The notes below the pieces were generated by a model. It ran no database searches and was not told where the DNA came from. It worked only from the letters and a program-made list of their open reading frames with translations. From the NCBI GenBank assembly GCA_963840855.1, contig CAWJBB010000061.1, positions 64,001 through 128,000 of the forward strand: 64,000 nucleotides of DNA, in the 5' to 3' direction. Every line of letters starts with the position of its first letter. The stretch's first letter is position 1. Below, piece by piece: positions 40,575-53,724 of the stretch. Source of the stretch: an uncultured delta proteobacterium. GTDB lineage: Bacteria; Desulfobacterota; Binatia; UBA9968. The translations under genes were made by a program, and so were the position numbers.

Positions 40575-41715
40575 ATGAAGCGCCAAACCTCAACGATGAC
40601 CCGGCGCGATTTCCTGCAGCTCGCTGGCAAAACCGCGGTCGTCTCATCAGGTTTTTTGGCCGGCTGCGCGGCAACTTCAACGACTCGTCAGCCGCGACGC
40701 GTCGCGCGCCATCGACATTCATCATCATTATTTCGCGCCGGAGCTGATTGACGAGATCAAACAACATGGTAAAGCGCTCGGCATCGAGTATTTTCCACCC
40801 AAGGATGCAAAAGCCAACCCCTTCCAGTTCCAATTTCCCAAGGGCAATCGCCTGAGCCCCGATCCGCGCATGGCCGAGGTGGAAAACCGCCTCAAAATCA
40901 TGAGCGAGGGTCATATCGGCATCGCGACGGTTGAAGTTCATACCGCGTCGGTGGGCTATGAGCTCGACGGCCAGCGTGGCGAATCATGGTCGAAGCTTTA
41001 CAATGACGCGATTATGAATTTGGTCAAACGCCATCCCACTCGCTTCGCCGGTATCGCTACGGTACCGCTGCAAGATCCACCCCGCGCCGCGCGGGTGCTG
41101 GAACATGCCATACGCGACCTCAAAATGGTCGGCGTGACCCTCCCATCCAACGTCGTCGGCAAATACTACGACAGCAAAGACTTCGATCCGTTCTGGGCAA
41201 AGGCGCAGGAGCTGGACGTGCTCATGATCATGCACCCGGAATGGGTCGCCGGCGGCGACAGAATGGGCGCATACGGGCTGCGCACCGTGTGCGGCAATCC
41301 CGCCGATACGACCCTCTCGGTGGGTTACATGATTTACAGCGGGGTGTTCGATAGATTTCCCAATCTCAAACTCGCGCTGCTCCACGGCGGCGGCTTTTTT
41401 CCCTATCATCTCGGTAGATTCGATAACGGATTCCGTAGCGGTAGCGGCGCGGCGCGCTTGCCGGCCAAACAACCGCCGAGCAAATATCTAAAGAACCTCT
41501 ACTTCGACAACCTCGTCTACCGCGTCGAGACCGTCGAATATTTGAAACGCATGGTCGGCGCCGAACACGTGATGGTCGGCACCGATTATCCGTTCGATCT
41601 CGGCGATTGGATGGCCGCGGAAAAGATCCAACAAATGAACTGCACCGACGCCGAGCGCGAAGCGATGCTCCATGGCAACGCGAGAAAGCTGCTGCGGCTT
41701 CCGCGCAGCGCCTGA
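40575..41715 (+). CDS. Amidohydrolase_2 with Tat-type leader, paralog 2; frameshift near 40700
   Basis: GGAGGAG SD; [15 protein letters not shown]...LAGC then AIDIHHHYF in another frame; highly similar to paralog 1. Confidence 0.85.
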
Positions 41716-41744
41716 GCAATTTAAACCTGAGCGAAAAAGCTCCC

Positions 41745-43541
41745 ATGCAACGATTGATTGTATGCGCTACGCGCGCAACGGTTTTGCTGTTTGTGCTCTG
41801 CGCCGGAGCGCTCGCGCAGGACTCGCGCGCCAACGATCCCGCCAAGACCATTCGCGAACTATTCGCCGCGGAGTGGGACTACCAAATGGAGCAACATCCA
41901 ACCTGGGCTTCTAGTTTGGGGGACCGGCGCTGGAACGACCGTTGGAGCGATATCAGTCTAGAGTGCGATATTCAAACGGCATGATCACGATATCGAGACA
42001 TTGGCCAAACTAACGAAGATCGATCGCGCCGCGCTAACGCCCGTGGATCAATTGAACTACGACCTGTTTAAGAGAAATTACGAAAACGAGATCGAGGGTT
42101 TTCAATATCGCTGGTATCTGCTGCCGCTCAATCAGCTTGACGGCGTACACACGGTAAATCAGGCTGGCCGACGCGCTACGTTTCGAAACTCTCAAAGACT
42201 ACGAGGACTGGCTCGCGCGGCTAAGGGCGCTTCCCCGCCGCATCGATCAGACTCATGCTGATGCGCGCGGGGATCAAGGAAGGAATAATTCATCCGAAGA
42301 TCGTCTTGCAGCGAGTTCCAGCCCAGATCGATCATCAAATCAGTCAGCGATCCGAAAGCGAGTCCGCTCTACAAACCCTTCACAAAATTTTCGTCGTCGA
42401 TCACGGAAGCGGACCAAGCCCGTCTCGCTAAGGCCGCGGAAGAGACAATCGCTACTGCCGTAGTTCCGGCTTATCGTAAGTTAAAAGAATTCATCATCAG
42501 CGACTACTTGCCGGCGGCATGGGAACAAGTTGGACTATGGCAGTTTCCCAATGGCGCGGCGATGTACGCCTATTCCACACGCGACAACACAACCACCGAT
42601 CTAACGCCGCAGGAAATTCACGAGATCGGTTTAAAAGAGGTCAAAGCGCATCCGCGCGGAGATGCAGGCATCATCGACAAATTGGGCTTTCGAGGTTCTT
42701 TTGCCGAATTCGCGAAGTTTCTACGAAGCGATCCAAAATTTTATTTCAAAAGCGAAAATGAGTTACTCGAAGCTTATCGCGCGTTGAGCCGGCGCATCGA
42801 TCCATTGTTGGTTAAGATTTTTCGCACCCTGCCGCGCATGCCATACGGCATCGAGCCTGTGCCGGCGAATATCGCGCCCGACAGCCCCGTTGGACTTTAT
42901 CGCGGCCCGCCGCAGACGGTTCCCGCGCCGGCATAATCAACGTGAACACTTACAAACCCGAGATCAGACCGAAGTACGAAATGATGGCGCTGTCGCTGCA
43001 CGAGGGCGTGCCCGGACACCACCTGCAGATCGCTATCGCCATGGAGCAGCAAGGCATCCCCAACTTTCGGCGCTACGGCGGCTACACAGCGTTCATCGAA
43101 GGCTGGGGACTCTACGCCGAGTCGCTTGGCGACGAGATGGGTCTTTACGACGATCCGTATTCGAAGTTCGGCCAGCTCATGTACGAAATCTGGCGCGCCA
43201 GCCGGCTAGTCGTCGACACCGGCATGCACTATCTACGTTGGGACCGGCAGAAAGCCATCGACTTCATGGTGGAAAACACCGTGAAGCAGGAACTGGAAGT
43301 GGCCGCTGAAATCGACCGCTACATCGTCTGGCCGGGCCAGGCACTCGCTTACAAGATCGGCCAGCTCAAGATCTCCGAGCTCCGCGCCAAAGCGAAACAA
43401 ACACTCGGCGACAAATTTGACATCCGCGACTTCCACGACGAATTGCTCAAGGACGGCGCACTGCCGCTGGACCAGTTGGAAATAAAGATGAATGCATGGA
43501 TCGCCAAGTCAGAAGAAGTAAGCAAAAACTGTGGAATCTAA
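41745..43541 (+). CDS. DUF885 family secreted protein, split by several frameshifts
   Basis: Fragments carry [61 protein letters not shown]. Confidence 0.85.
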
Positions 43542-43556
43542 TTGGGATAGGAACAT

Positions 43557-45485
43557 ATGGTAACTCCAATCGTATCCCCTTACGGCTCATGGAAATCGCC
43601 GATCACCGCCGATTTGGTCGCCGGCGGCGAGATCGGGCTTGAGCAAATCCGGATCGACGGCGATGATATTTATTGGATCGAGCGGCGCGCTCACGAAGGC
43701 GGGAGGAAAGTCATCGTCCGACGCTCGGCGGACGGAACGGTGATGGATGTTACGCCGGCAGGATTCAACGCGCGAACGCGAGTGCACGAATACGGCGGCG
43801 GCGACTACGCGGTTTCGAACGGACCATTGTTTTTTCCAATTTCACCGATCAACGTCTTTACCTCCAAGAACGCGGTTCCGAACCGCAACCTCTGACCCCG
43901 CCGCTGCGCTGCGTTACGCCGACGGGCAATTCGATTGCCGAAGAAATCTTTTCTTCTGCGTGCGCGAGGATCATTCCGGTCAAGGCGAAGCCGTCAATAC
44001 TATCGTCCGCATCGATCTCAACGGCGGCGACGCCGGCACAATCGTGGTTTCAGGAAACGATTTCTATTCCTCGCCGCGTCTGAGTCCCGACGGCTCGCGG
44101 CTAGCATGGCTCACATGGAATCATCCCAACATGCCGTGGGACGGCACGGAGCTTTGGGTCGGCAAACTGAGCGAAGACGGATCGGTGACCGAGAAAGACA
44201 AAATCGCCGGCGGCGTAAATGAATCGATTTTTCAGCCGCAGTGGTCGCCGGATGGCACGCTCTATTTTGTTTCCGACCGCACCGGCTGGTGGAATCTTTA
44301 CCGATGGCGAGAAAATCAAGTCGAGCCGCTGTGTCCGATGGAAGCCGAGTTCGGCCAGCCGCAGTGGGTATTCGGCGGCTGCGCTTTACGGCTTCGCATC
44401 CGAAACGACGAATCGTCTGCAGCTACAGCCAGAACGGCCGGGATTACCTCGCCGCGCTCGACACGGCGACGAGAACGCTGGGCACATCGAACTTCCCTAT
44501 TCGGCCGATTTCCCAAGTTCGCGTCGCTGGTGACCGCGTGGTTTTCATCGGCGCGTCTGCGATGGAGACTAGCGCCATCGTCTCGTTGGATCTGGCCACG
44601 AAAAATCTCGAAGTGTTGCGAAGATCACGAGAAACAGCCGTCGATGCCGGATATCTCTCCGAAGCGCGAGCCATCGAGTTCCCCACCGAACAGGGCCTAA
44701 CAGCGCATGGATATTTCTATCCGCCGCGCAATCGCGATTACGCCGCGCCGGCGAATGAAAAACCGCCGCTGTTGGTCATGAGCCATGGCGGACCGACCTC
44801 GTCGAGCTCCGGCTCACTAAAATATTCGATTCAATACTGGACCAGCCGCGGCATCGCCGTCCTCGATGTGAATTACGGCGGCAGCTCCGGTTACGGACGC
44901 GCCTATCGCGAACGATTGAACGGCAACTGGGGCATCGTCGATGTCGATGACTGCATCAATGGCGCCCGCTATCTTGTCGAAATCGGCGAAGCCGATGGCA
45001 ACCGCCTGGCAATTCGCGGCGGCAGCGCCGGCGGTTATACGACGCTCTGCGCGCTCACGTTCCGTAACGCATTCAAAGCCGGAGCCAGCCATTACGGCAT
45101 CAGCGACTTGGAGGCACTCGCCAGGGACACGCACAAGTTCGAGTCGCGCTATCTCGACCGCTTGATCGGTCCATATCCTGAACGGCGCGATCTATACATC
45201 GAACGCTCGCCGATTCACTTCACCGATCGGTTAAATTGTCCGATGATTATGTTTCAGGGACTGGAGGACAAAGTCGTTCCGCCCAATCAGGCCGAAAAGA
45301 TGGTCGAAGCCGTGCGCGCAAAAAAGTTGCCCGTGGCCTATCTCACCTTCGAAGGCGAGCAGCACGGCTTTCGCAAAGCGGAAAACATCAAGCGTGTTCT
45401 CGAAGCGGAGCTTTATTTCTACTCGAAAGTATTCGGCTTTGAACTGGCTGATCCGGTCGTGCCGGTAGAGATCGAGAACCTGTAG
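43557..45485 (+). CDS. S9 family (prolyl oligopeptidase/acylaminoacyl) peptidase, frameshifted
   Basis: [53 protein letters not shown]. Confidence 0.9.
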
Positions 45486-45710
45486 ACAGAAAATCCGTTA
45501 ACCACACGATGTCATCGTCCTAATGAATAGAGTGATCTATAACGCGCGCTGCAGCCACTCCCTCGAGCGGGCATTCAAACCGCGCGAGTTCCTATTTTGT
45601 ATTCCTTCTTTTTTTCACAATTAGCCGGAAAAAACACCTAGTCCACATTGGTTGTGGGACGGGTATGACACGCTTATGTGGAGGGAGTCGGTTAACAGGC
45701 TCCCAAACAA

Positions 45711-46415
45711 ATGAAGTTCGACGCTGTCATTTTCGATCTATTCGGGACATTGGTGGGCGACTTTGTGTCGTCAGCCGGTCAAATGAATGCCGAACTGGCT
45801 GCGGCTCTTGAAGTACCCTATGAACCGTTCATGCGCCTCTGGAGAGAAACGACGGAGATGCGCACGAACGGCGCCTTTCAGACTGTGGAAGCCAGTATAG
45901 AATATGTTTGCGTTGCCATGGGTGCGCAGATAACGGCTGAACAGTTGTCGAAGGCGGTTGAGATTCGTTTGCGGCATACAAGGCGAGCTCTCGAGCCCAA
46001 ACCGGACGCCGTTGCGACGCTCGCGCGACTAAAACACGAGGGATACAAATTAGGATTGCTCAGTAATTGTTCAATCGAGATTTCTATTCTCTGGCAAGAG
46101 ACAGTTTTTGCCAATTTAATTGATTACCCCATCTTCTCCTGCCGAGAACGTTTGAAGAAACCGGACCCTCGTATCTATCATCTCGCCTGTGAGCGCCTCG
46201 GCGTCGAACCCGGGGACTGTATCTACGTTGCTGACGGCGAAAACTACGAATTGACGGCGGCGGCCGAAGTCGGCATGCATCCCGTGTTGATTCGAACATC
46301 CTCACAGGAAACCCGTGGCGAGGTGCTGCGAGAAGCCAGAGAATGGCAGGGAGATACTGTTTCTTCGTTGCCGGAAGTTCTAAGACTAATCGACATCACG
46401 AGTAACCCATCATGA
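45711..46415 (+). CDS. HAD family hydrolase
   Basis: FDLFGTL, LLSN, KKPDPRIY, YVADG..YEL. Confidence 0.88.
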   Translation: MKFDAVIFDLFGTLVGDFVSSAGQMNAELAAALEVPYEPFMRLWRETTEMRTNGAFQTVEASIEYVCVAMGAQITAEQLSKAVEIRLRHTRRALEPKPDAVATLARLKHEGYKLGLLSNCSIEISILWQETVFANLIDYPIFSCRERLKKPDPRIYHLACERLGVEPGDCIYVADGENYELTAAAEVGMHPVLIRTSSQETRGEVLREAREWQGDTVSSLPEVLRLIDITSNPS

Positions 46416-46478
46416 ACTACAGGCAGCGACACGTATGGGAATTCACCTTGTTCAGTATCTGCCAAACTCGTTGATCAA

Positions 46479-47018
46479 ATGAGAAGTGTGATATCGCGTG
46501 TTGTTGTCATCTGCCCAGGTAACCGCAAGACCAGCTCCTGGTCTCTCGCCGACGCATTGAGTTGTCCTCATGTCGAACTTGACGCACTCCACTGGCAACC
46601 GAACTGGGTCCCGAGGGCAGCGGCCGAATTTCGCGCGCTCACAGCGCAGGCCCTCTCCCAGGATTGCTGGGTAACAGACGGGAACTACGGTGTCGTCCGC
46701 GATCTCGTGTGGTCGCGAGCCACGACTGTGATCTGGCTCAACTACGCTTTTCGATTGGTCCTGTGGCGCGCCCTGGCGCGCACAGTGCGACGCGTGTTGA
46801 CGCGAGAAGAGCTTTTCTCGGGCAACCGTGAATCGTTGCGCATGGCTTTTTTCAGCCGTGAGTCGATTCTTTGGTGGGTCGTTACCACCTTTAATCGATG
46901 TCGGAAGCAGTACCGTGAGTTATTTGACAAGAAAATATTTCCCCAGCGTTCCTACATCGAATTTCGGAAACCATCCGAGGCTGAGAGTTTTCTCGAGAGA
47001 CTCAAGACTGGAACCTGA
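46479..47018 (+). CDS. Adenylate kinase/topology modulation protein-like; P-loop degenerate, possibly a pseudogene
   Basis: ELDALHW.PNW, WVTDGNY, GNRESLR; expected GxxGxGK(S/T) replaced by CPGNRKTS. Confidence 0.65.
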   Translation: MRSVISRVVVICPGNRKTSSWSLADALSCPHVELDALHWQPNWVPRAAAEFRALTAQALSQDCWVTDGNYGVVRDLVWSRATTVIWLNYAFRLVLWRALARTVRRVLTREELFSGNRESLRMAFFSRESILWWVVTTFNRCRKQYRELFDKKIFPQRSYIEFRKPSEAESFLERLKTGT

Positions 47019-47102
47019 CGCTAACCGAGCGAACAGCTGGCAACGTGAGCTTCTAGCGAACGCGGCATCTATCAGACCGGCTACTACACTAAGGAGTATC
47101 CT

Positions 47103-47480
47103 ATGACAACTACAACAGCTGTGTCACTTTGCAGTGCCGCAACCCTGTTTGTCGTAAAGGATGTTCTGCAAAGCGTCGAGCATTACCGTGATGTCCTCGG
47201 ATTTCGCACCGAGTTCACCTACGGCGAACCGACTTTCTACGCGGGGGTTGAACGGGACGCGGTCGTCATTCATCTCCAAGCCGCTGACCGCACCGAACGG
47301 CTGCCCGGACATGGCGCGGTTAACGTCTTCGTAACCGACGTAGACGCCCTGTTTCATGAGCTCAAATCGCGGGGCGCCAAAATCCTGAGTGAGCCGAAGG
47401 ACTACCCGTACGGCATGCGCGACTTCGACATCAATGACCTTGACGGCAACCAGCTTTGCTTCGGGATGGAGTCGAAGTGA
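47103..47480 (+). CDS. VOC/glyoxalase (bleomycin resistance) family protein
   Basis: YRDVLGF, VTDVDALFHEL, PYGMRDF.I.D.DGNQL.FG; AAGGAG SD. Confidence 0.88.
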   Translation: MTTTTAVSLCSAATLFVVKDVLQSVEHYRDVLGFRTEFTYGEPTFYAGVERDAVVIHLQAADRTERLPGHGAVNVFVTDVDALFHELKSRGAKILSEPKDYPYGMRDFDINDLDGNQLCFGMESK

Positions 47481-47513
47481 CCTAGAGGGGCAGTCGAGAG
47501 GCTAACGAAAACG

Positions 47514-47957
47514 ATGTCGAACGTTATAAAATTGCACGATGCGGTTAAACGGGGCGACCTCGGCAGCATCAAGGCGCTGGTTGAAGAGAACCGGGACTTA
47601 GCGAACTCGCGGAGCGAGACGGATGCCAGAGGCACCTATCCGCTTCATGTCGCGGCTGAGTTCGGCCAACCGGGCGCAGCTCGGGCGCTTTTGAAATACG
47701 GGGCCGATGTGTCGCTTTTGGATTCGGAGAACGAGGCTATCGCCCTTGGTTGGGCGGCGTTTTTCGGCCGTCCTGAAGTTGTGGCTGTCTTGCTCGAAGC
47801 CGGGTCGGAGCCGAGCCAACGCAACAAGCACGGCCTTACACCGCTCGGCTGCGCCGTGGGAGGGACGCAGGGAAGATGGAAGCAGTTTTCCAACGCGACG
47901 GTAGAAGAGTGGCAGCGTGCCGCCGAGATCATCCGTTCATATGGCGGCGTGGAGTGA
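47514..47957 (+). CDS. Ankyrin repeat protein
   Basis: LHDAVKRGD, PLHVAAEFG..LLKYGAD, ALGWAAFFG..LLEAG, TPLGCA. Confidence 0.85.
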   Translation: MSNVIKLHDAVKRGDLGSIKALVEENRDLANSRSETDARGTYPLHVAAEFGQPGAARALLKYGADVSLLDSENEAIALGWAAFFGRPEVVAVLLEAGSEPSQRNKHGLTPLGCAVGGTQGRWKQFSNATVEEWQRAAEIIRSYGGVE

Positions 47958-48124
47958 TATCTCTCTCCCGGCGGTGTCGCGACGACGTGACAATCTTGTC
48001 CGAGCAGTTTTCGTGACCGTATAGAGATCTACAAGAAACTTGGTTTCAAGGAGACTGAACGGCGGCTTGAGAAAGGGTACCATCGGGTCTACATGCAAAA
48101 GACAGTCTAGCAGGTACTTCATGC

Positions 48125-48228
48125 TTCGAGAGCCTAAGCATAAACAGAATTTTCGCAATATTTCAAAGCCTCCTCCGTTCGTCCTGAGCTCGTCGAAGGA
48201 TTCCTAGGGAGTTTTTCAGCAGCCTACT
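48125..48228. repeat. Degenerate REP/MITE-type element
   Basis: ccgttcgtcctgagctcgtcgaagga resembles 63644-63670; ttttcagcagcct resembles 63740-63752. Confidence 0.55.
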
Positions 48229-48307
48229 ATATAAGAAATAGAACAGGATTGGTCATTCGCGTCTCTACTGCTTGCGTCTCCTGTGATTACCGGTAGATAG
48301 GCAAATC

Positions 48308-48992
48308 ATGAATATGAGGCGTATTCGCCATCGGGTTGTAGTTTTTTCGAATGGCCTATTCATTGGAGCCACGGTTTTTACTTCTGCGCCAGTCGGCGCC
48401 CTCGATCCAAAAACTTGGCAGGCTTCAATCAATTCGCAGACTGGGGAAAGATACATTCCGGTTGAGCTTTGGGCCGGAGCGGATTGGGACGGAAAGAAAG
48501 AACTGAAGATGCCGCCGGTGGATGCTACGTACAGGCATCGGAGGGCCCAATACGAGATAAAAGGGCCTACGGAATGGACTCACCCTGTGACTGGCCACCC
48601 CTTCGTCGTCTACGAGCGAATAAATCCCGGCAGAGACGGCATTAAATTGCAACGATTCACGATTAACCAGGAGAAAAGCGGGCTCGGCCGCGTCTATGAC
48701 GCCAGGCCAGGACTGGGGACACGAATGTTTTCGGGAGGGCTCAAGTTTCCATTAGGGTTTTGGAAAGAAGGCGAGACGAGAAAATTTCTATACAAGCACT
48801 ATGAAAGCTCCAGGGTTGCCGATCGCGCGGAATCCATCACCATCAAACAAATAAACTTTCAATTTCAACAAAGCCCCCATTGCTTGGAGTTCTGCATGGA
48901 CGACACCCGATAGAGAAGAAAAGCGAATCTACGATCACCAGACTTATATCTATTGCCCCGGCCAAAGCATGGTGAGCCAGATTCAACATTGA
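48308..48992 (+). CDS. Hypothetical, probably exported protein; frameshift near 48895
   Basis: 201-aa ORF with hydrophobic N-terminus; plausible continuation WTTPDREEKRIYDHQTYIYCPGQSMVSQIQH*. Confidence 0.55.
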
Positions 48993-49145
48993 GGCTTCGG
49001 TTTCACCATAATCAGAGCATCATTACCAAATTCAGTTTTGAGCGTGCCCGGAAACTGAGTGAGTCAGTCATTCAGTTACCAATAAGCGGCTAAGCTCACA
49101 TGGCTCACTGAAAGCGTTCGCAGGAAAATCGTCGAGCTTGCCGGG

Positions 49146-49214
49146 ATTGGCCGCTACATCGTCGCGGAAAAGAATGGCCGGGTTGTCGGCCGATAAATGA
49201 TCACGTAGGAGTAA
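49146..49214 (+). pseudogene. Relic of a GNAT acetyltransferase
   Basis: Translates IGRYIVAEKNGRVVGR*MIT*E*, resembling the GNAT segment Y.VAE..GRVVGQLMITYEW. Confidence 0.5.
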
Positions 49215-49223
49215 TCACGAAGA

Positions 49224-50396
<1,173 letters not shown>

Positions 50397-50524
50397 ATAT
50401 GAATCGTGGTGCGTGATTCGTGCTCGTGCTCGTCTCATGGTGCTTCGGGCTCTTTACACGGACACGAGCCACGAGCACGTTTATGCTACCCGTAACCGGT
50501 TGAGCGCCAAGGAAAGCCCGAGCT

Positions 50525-51697
50525 ATGCACAAACAGCTGACTAATTTTCTCCTGAAAGGCGGCCAACTGCTCGATCCTGCGAATGGCAAAGACGGTCTAT
50601 TCGACATTCGCGTCACCGACGGCGTCGTCGATGCCATCGCGCCGAATCTCGAACCCGACGGCGCCGCCGTGATAGATGTCAAGAACCTTATTGTGACGCC
50701 GGGCTTGATCGATGTTCATCTTCACTTGATGAAAGGCCTTGGCGCATTCGGTGTTGACCCCGATATTTTCGGCGTTGGCTCTGGCGTCACAACGGTGGTC
50801 GACGCGGGCAGCGCGGGACATACACTCCTAAATGTCTTTCGCAATTACATCACCAACAACGCCAAGACGCGGGTGTTCAACTACATCAATCTCTCAACTC
50901 TGGGCGGCGTAACCGGCCCGGGCTTCAGCATTCTAGCCGACCCGCGGCTAATCGACGAAGAGAAGATCGCCAATGCCGTTGAAGCCAACCGCGACATTAT
51001 CGTCGGCATCAAGATCATGGCGACGGGAGGCGCGCTTGGCGCGCAGGGACTGAAGCCCCTCGAACGCGCGCGCAAGCTCGGCGATGAGCTAAAAATTCCC
51101 CTATTGGTTCACATCGGCGAGAGCTGGACCAAAGGTACCGAACCGGTGGCGGTCGGCGACGTGCTGAAGTATTTAAATCCCGGCGACATCATCACGCATA
51201 TGTTCACGGCGCATCCCGGCGGCCTACTTGATACCAACGGAAAACTCTGGCCGCAGGTACGCGACGCCAAAGAAACAGGCGTGCTGATGGACGTGGGTCA
51301 TGGCCTGCATAACCTTAACTTCGATGTTGCGCGCAAAGTGCTCGATCAGGGCTTGCAGCCCGACGGCGTTTCCACGGATGGCCACCGCGGAAATCGCGCA
51401 GGACCGGTGTACGACTTGCCGACTACGATGGCGAAACTTATGGCGCTGGGATTCTCGTTGAATCAGGTGGTCGGGATGGCGACGGTGAACGCCGCTCGAC
51501 TGCTGGGTCGCGGCGATGAAATGGGAACCTTACGCATACGTCAGCCTGCCGAGATTTCGGTTTTGCGTCTTACCGATCGAGAATGGACCGCGATCGATTC
51601 ACAGAAGGGAACGATACCGGCTAGGCAGGCATTGGCGCCGGTATACGCCATTCGCGGCGATACCATTTACGAATCCTTACCGGTTCAACGGCCGTAA
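50525..51697 (+). CDS. Amidohydrolase/deacetylase family metallohydrolase (dihydroorotase-like)
   Basis: PGLIDVHLH, GVTTVVDAGSAG, GIKI, VHIG, THMF, DVGHG, STD. Confidence 0.85.
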   Translation: MHKQLTNFLLKGGQLLDPANGKDGLFDIRVTDGVVDAIAPNLEPDGAAVIDVKNLIVTPGLIDVHLHLMKGLGAFGVDPDIFGVGSGVTTVVDAGSAGHTLLNVFRNYITNNAKTRVFNYINLSTLGGVTGPGFSILADPRLIDEEKIANAVEANRDIIVGIKIMATGGALGAQGLKPLERARKLGDELKIPLLVHIGESWTKGTEPVAVGDVLKYLNPGDIITHMFTAHPGGLLDTNGKLWPQVRDAKETGVLMDVGHGLHNLNFDVARKVLDQGLQPDGVSTDGHRGNRAGPVYDLPTTMAKLMALGFSLNQVVGMATVNAARLLGRGDEMGTLRIRQPAEISVLRLTDREWTAIDSQKGTIPARQALAPVYAIRGDTIYESLPVQRP

Positions 51698-51702
51698 GAC
51701 CG

Positions 51703-51728
51703 CGTAGGGGCCGGTCGCGACCGGCCTT
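51703..51728. repeat. GTAG-type REP palindrome
   Basis: gtaggggccggtcgcgaccggcc between convergent genes; sibling at 61312-61339. Confidence 0.65.
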
Positions 51729-51729
51729 C

Positions 51730-53184
51730 TTATCGTCTTCTTCGAGTGGTCGTAGTCCCAAACAGCGACCCCAAAGCACCGCGAATGATCTCTCGGCCAA
51801 CTTGACTGCCGATCGCACGCGCGGCACTGGTACCGAGCGCTCCTAATAGTTTTCCTGCCTCGTTCTGCCACCCGCTGTCCTGTCGACCCGCGGTCTGTTC
51901 TACCTGTGGCGCGCGCGCCTGGAGCATCTCATACGCCGACTCCCGGTCCAGCGCCTTTTCGTAATGGCCGGCGACCGTAGATTGCTTAATGACCTGCTCT
52001 CGTTCAGCGCCGCTTAGCGGCGGCAATTGGCTCTGCGGTGGATAGATCAATGCACGGTCAACCATGTTCGGCTGCCCTTTGTCGTTGAGAAAGGAAACCA
52101 GCGCCTCGCCGACGCCAAGTTCGGTAATAACCGTTACAACGTCGATGTCCTTGCTCTGGCGAAAAGTCTGCGCCGCCGCTTTGACCGCCTTCTGATCTCG
52201 CGGTGTAAACGCTCGCAGCGCATGCTGCACGCGGTTCCCCAACTGGCCAAGCACGACATCGGGAATGTCCAGTGGATTCTGTGTGACGAAATAGACGCCC
52301 ACGCCTTTTGACCGAATCAAGCGGATAACCTGCTCGATTTTTTCCAGCAAAACCTTGGGGGCGTCGTTGAACAGCAAGTGCGCTTCGTCGAAAAAGAAAA
52401 CTAGCTTGGGCTTCTCGGGATCGCCCACCTCCGGCAAGCGCTCGAACAACTCGGATAACAGCCAAAGCAGAAACGTGGCATAAAGGTGCGGCGCATTGAT
52501 GAGCTTGTCGGCGGCAAGAATGTTGATCACGCCGCGGCCTGAACTATCGGTCTGCATCAGATCGTCGAGATCCAATGCAGGCTCGCCGAAAAATCGCTCG
52601 CCGTCCTGCCCTTCGAGCTTCAACAACGCCCGCTGAATCGCGCCGATGCTGGCTGGCGACACGTTGCCATATTTGGTTTTGAACTGCGCCACGTTATCAC
52701 CCACATACTGCAACATGGCACGCAGGTCCTTCAGATCGAGAAGCAACATGCCGTTGTCGTCGGCGACCTTGAATACGAGATTCAATACGCCGGCTTGCGT
52801 CTCATTGAGATCAAGCACACGCGGTAGCAAGAGCGGACCCATTTCGGAAATGGTCGTACGCACGGGATGGCCTTGTTGCCCATAGACATCCCAGAACGTC
52901 ACCGGGTAGCCGGCGAATGTAAAATCTTCGATGCCGAGTTGCGCCACGCGCTCGCTGATCTTTGGGTTTTCTTGCCCGGGTCCGGCAATACCCGACACGT
53001 CGCCTTTAACGTCGGCCATAAAAACCGGCACTCCGATACGGCTGAAACTTTCCGCGATCACCCGTAGCGTAACCGTCTTGCCCGTGCCGGTGGCGCCGGC
53101 AATTAGCCCATGCCGATTGGCCATGCGCGGCAGTATACCCTGGGTCTGGCGGCCTTTTGCGATTGGAAGTTCTTCGGTCATCAT
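51730..53184 (-). CDS. HerA-like ATPase, DUF853/YjgR family
   Basis: [54 protein letters not shown]. Confidence 0.92.
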   Translation of the reverse strand: MMTEELPIAKGRQTQGILPRMANRHGLIAGATGTGKTVTLRVIAESFSRIGVPVFMADVKGDVSGIAGPGQENPKISERVAQLGIEDFTFAGYPVTFWDVYGQQGHPVRTTISEMGPLLLPRVLDLNETQAGVLNLVFKVADDNGMLLLDLKDLRAMLQYVGDNVAQFKTKYGNVSPASIGAIQRALLKLEGQDGERFFGEPALDLDDLMQTDSSGRGVINILAADKLINAPHLYATFLLWLLSELFERLPEVGDPEKPKLVFFFDEAHLLFNDAPKVLLEKIEQVIRLIRSKGVGVYFVTQNPLDIPDVVLGQLGNRVQHALRAFTPRDQKAVKAAAQTFRQSKDIDVVTVITELGVGEALVSFLNDKGQPNMVDRALIYPPQSQLPPLSGAEREQVIKQSTVAGHYEKALDRESAYEMLQARAPQVEQTAGRQDSGWQNEAGKLLGALGTSAARAIGSQVGREIIRGALGSLFGTTTTRRRR

Positions 53185-53356
53185 TTTTGCTCCTTTGCAG
53201 CACTACCCGGCGGCGCTGCCCTATAGAACCTATTTGTAAACTACCTGGGGGATGAATTAAAGATTCTCAGGGGCGTCTAAACGTTCAGTAAGGCACTCAA
53301 TGCGCCACGTGGCGGGTGGCGTGTTTGGGACGAAATACCAACAAGGAGGATTTGTC

Positions 53357-53683
53357 ATGAAACGAGTTTTGGGAATCTTGTTTGCGGCCATGTTGATGGC
53401 CTCTGCGGCAATCGCCGCCGGTCCGAAGGATTACCAGGTAACAGGGCCTGTTTTGGACGTCAACGACGACATGATCATCGTTGAGAAAGGTAAGGAGAAA
53501 TGGGAAATCGGACGCAACAAAGACACTACGGTCAAAGGCGATCTGAAGAAAGGCTCCAAGGTCACCGTCCACTATAAAATGACCGCAACGAGTGTCGAAT
53601 CGAAGGACGCTCCCCAAACAAAAGCCAAAGTCGAAACTAAAACTGATACTAAAGCTAAGACCGACGCCAAGACCACCAAATAA
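53357..53683 (+). CDS. Small secreted hypothetical protein with Lys/Thr-rich tail
   Basis: AAGGAGG SD, signal peptide MKRVLGILFAAMLMASAAIA, YQVTGPV..EKWEI. Confidence 0.75.
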   Translation: MKRVLGILFAAMLMASAAIAAGPKDYQVTGPVLDVNDDMIIVEKGKEKWEIGRNKDTTVKGDLKKGSKVTVHYKMTATSVESKDAPQTKAKVETKTDTKAKTDAKTTK

Positions 53684-53724
53684 CTGCCCCATCCTTCCTT
53701 GGAACTGCCCCACCAGTTTCCCGG

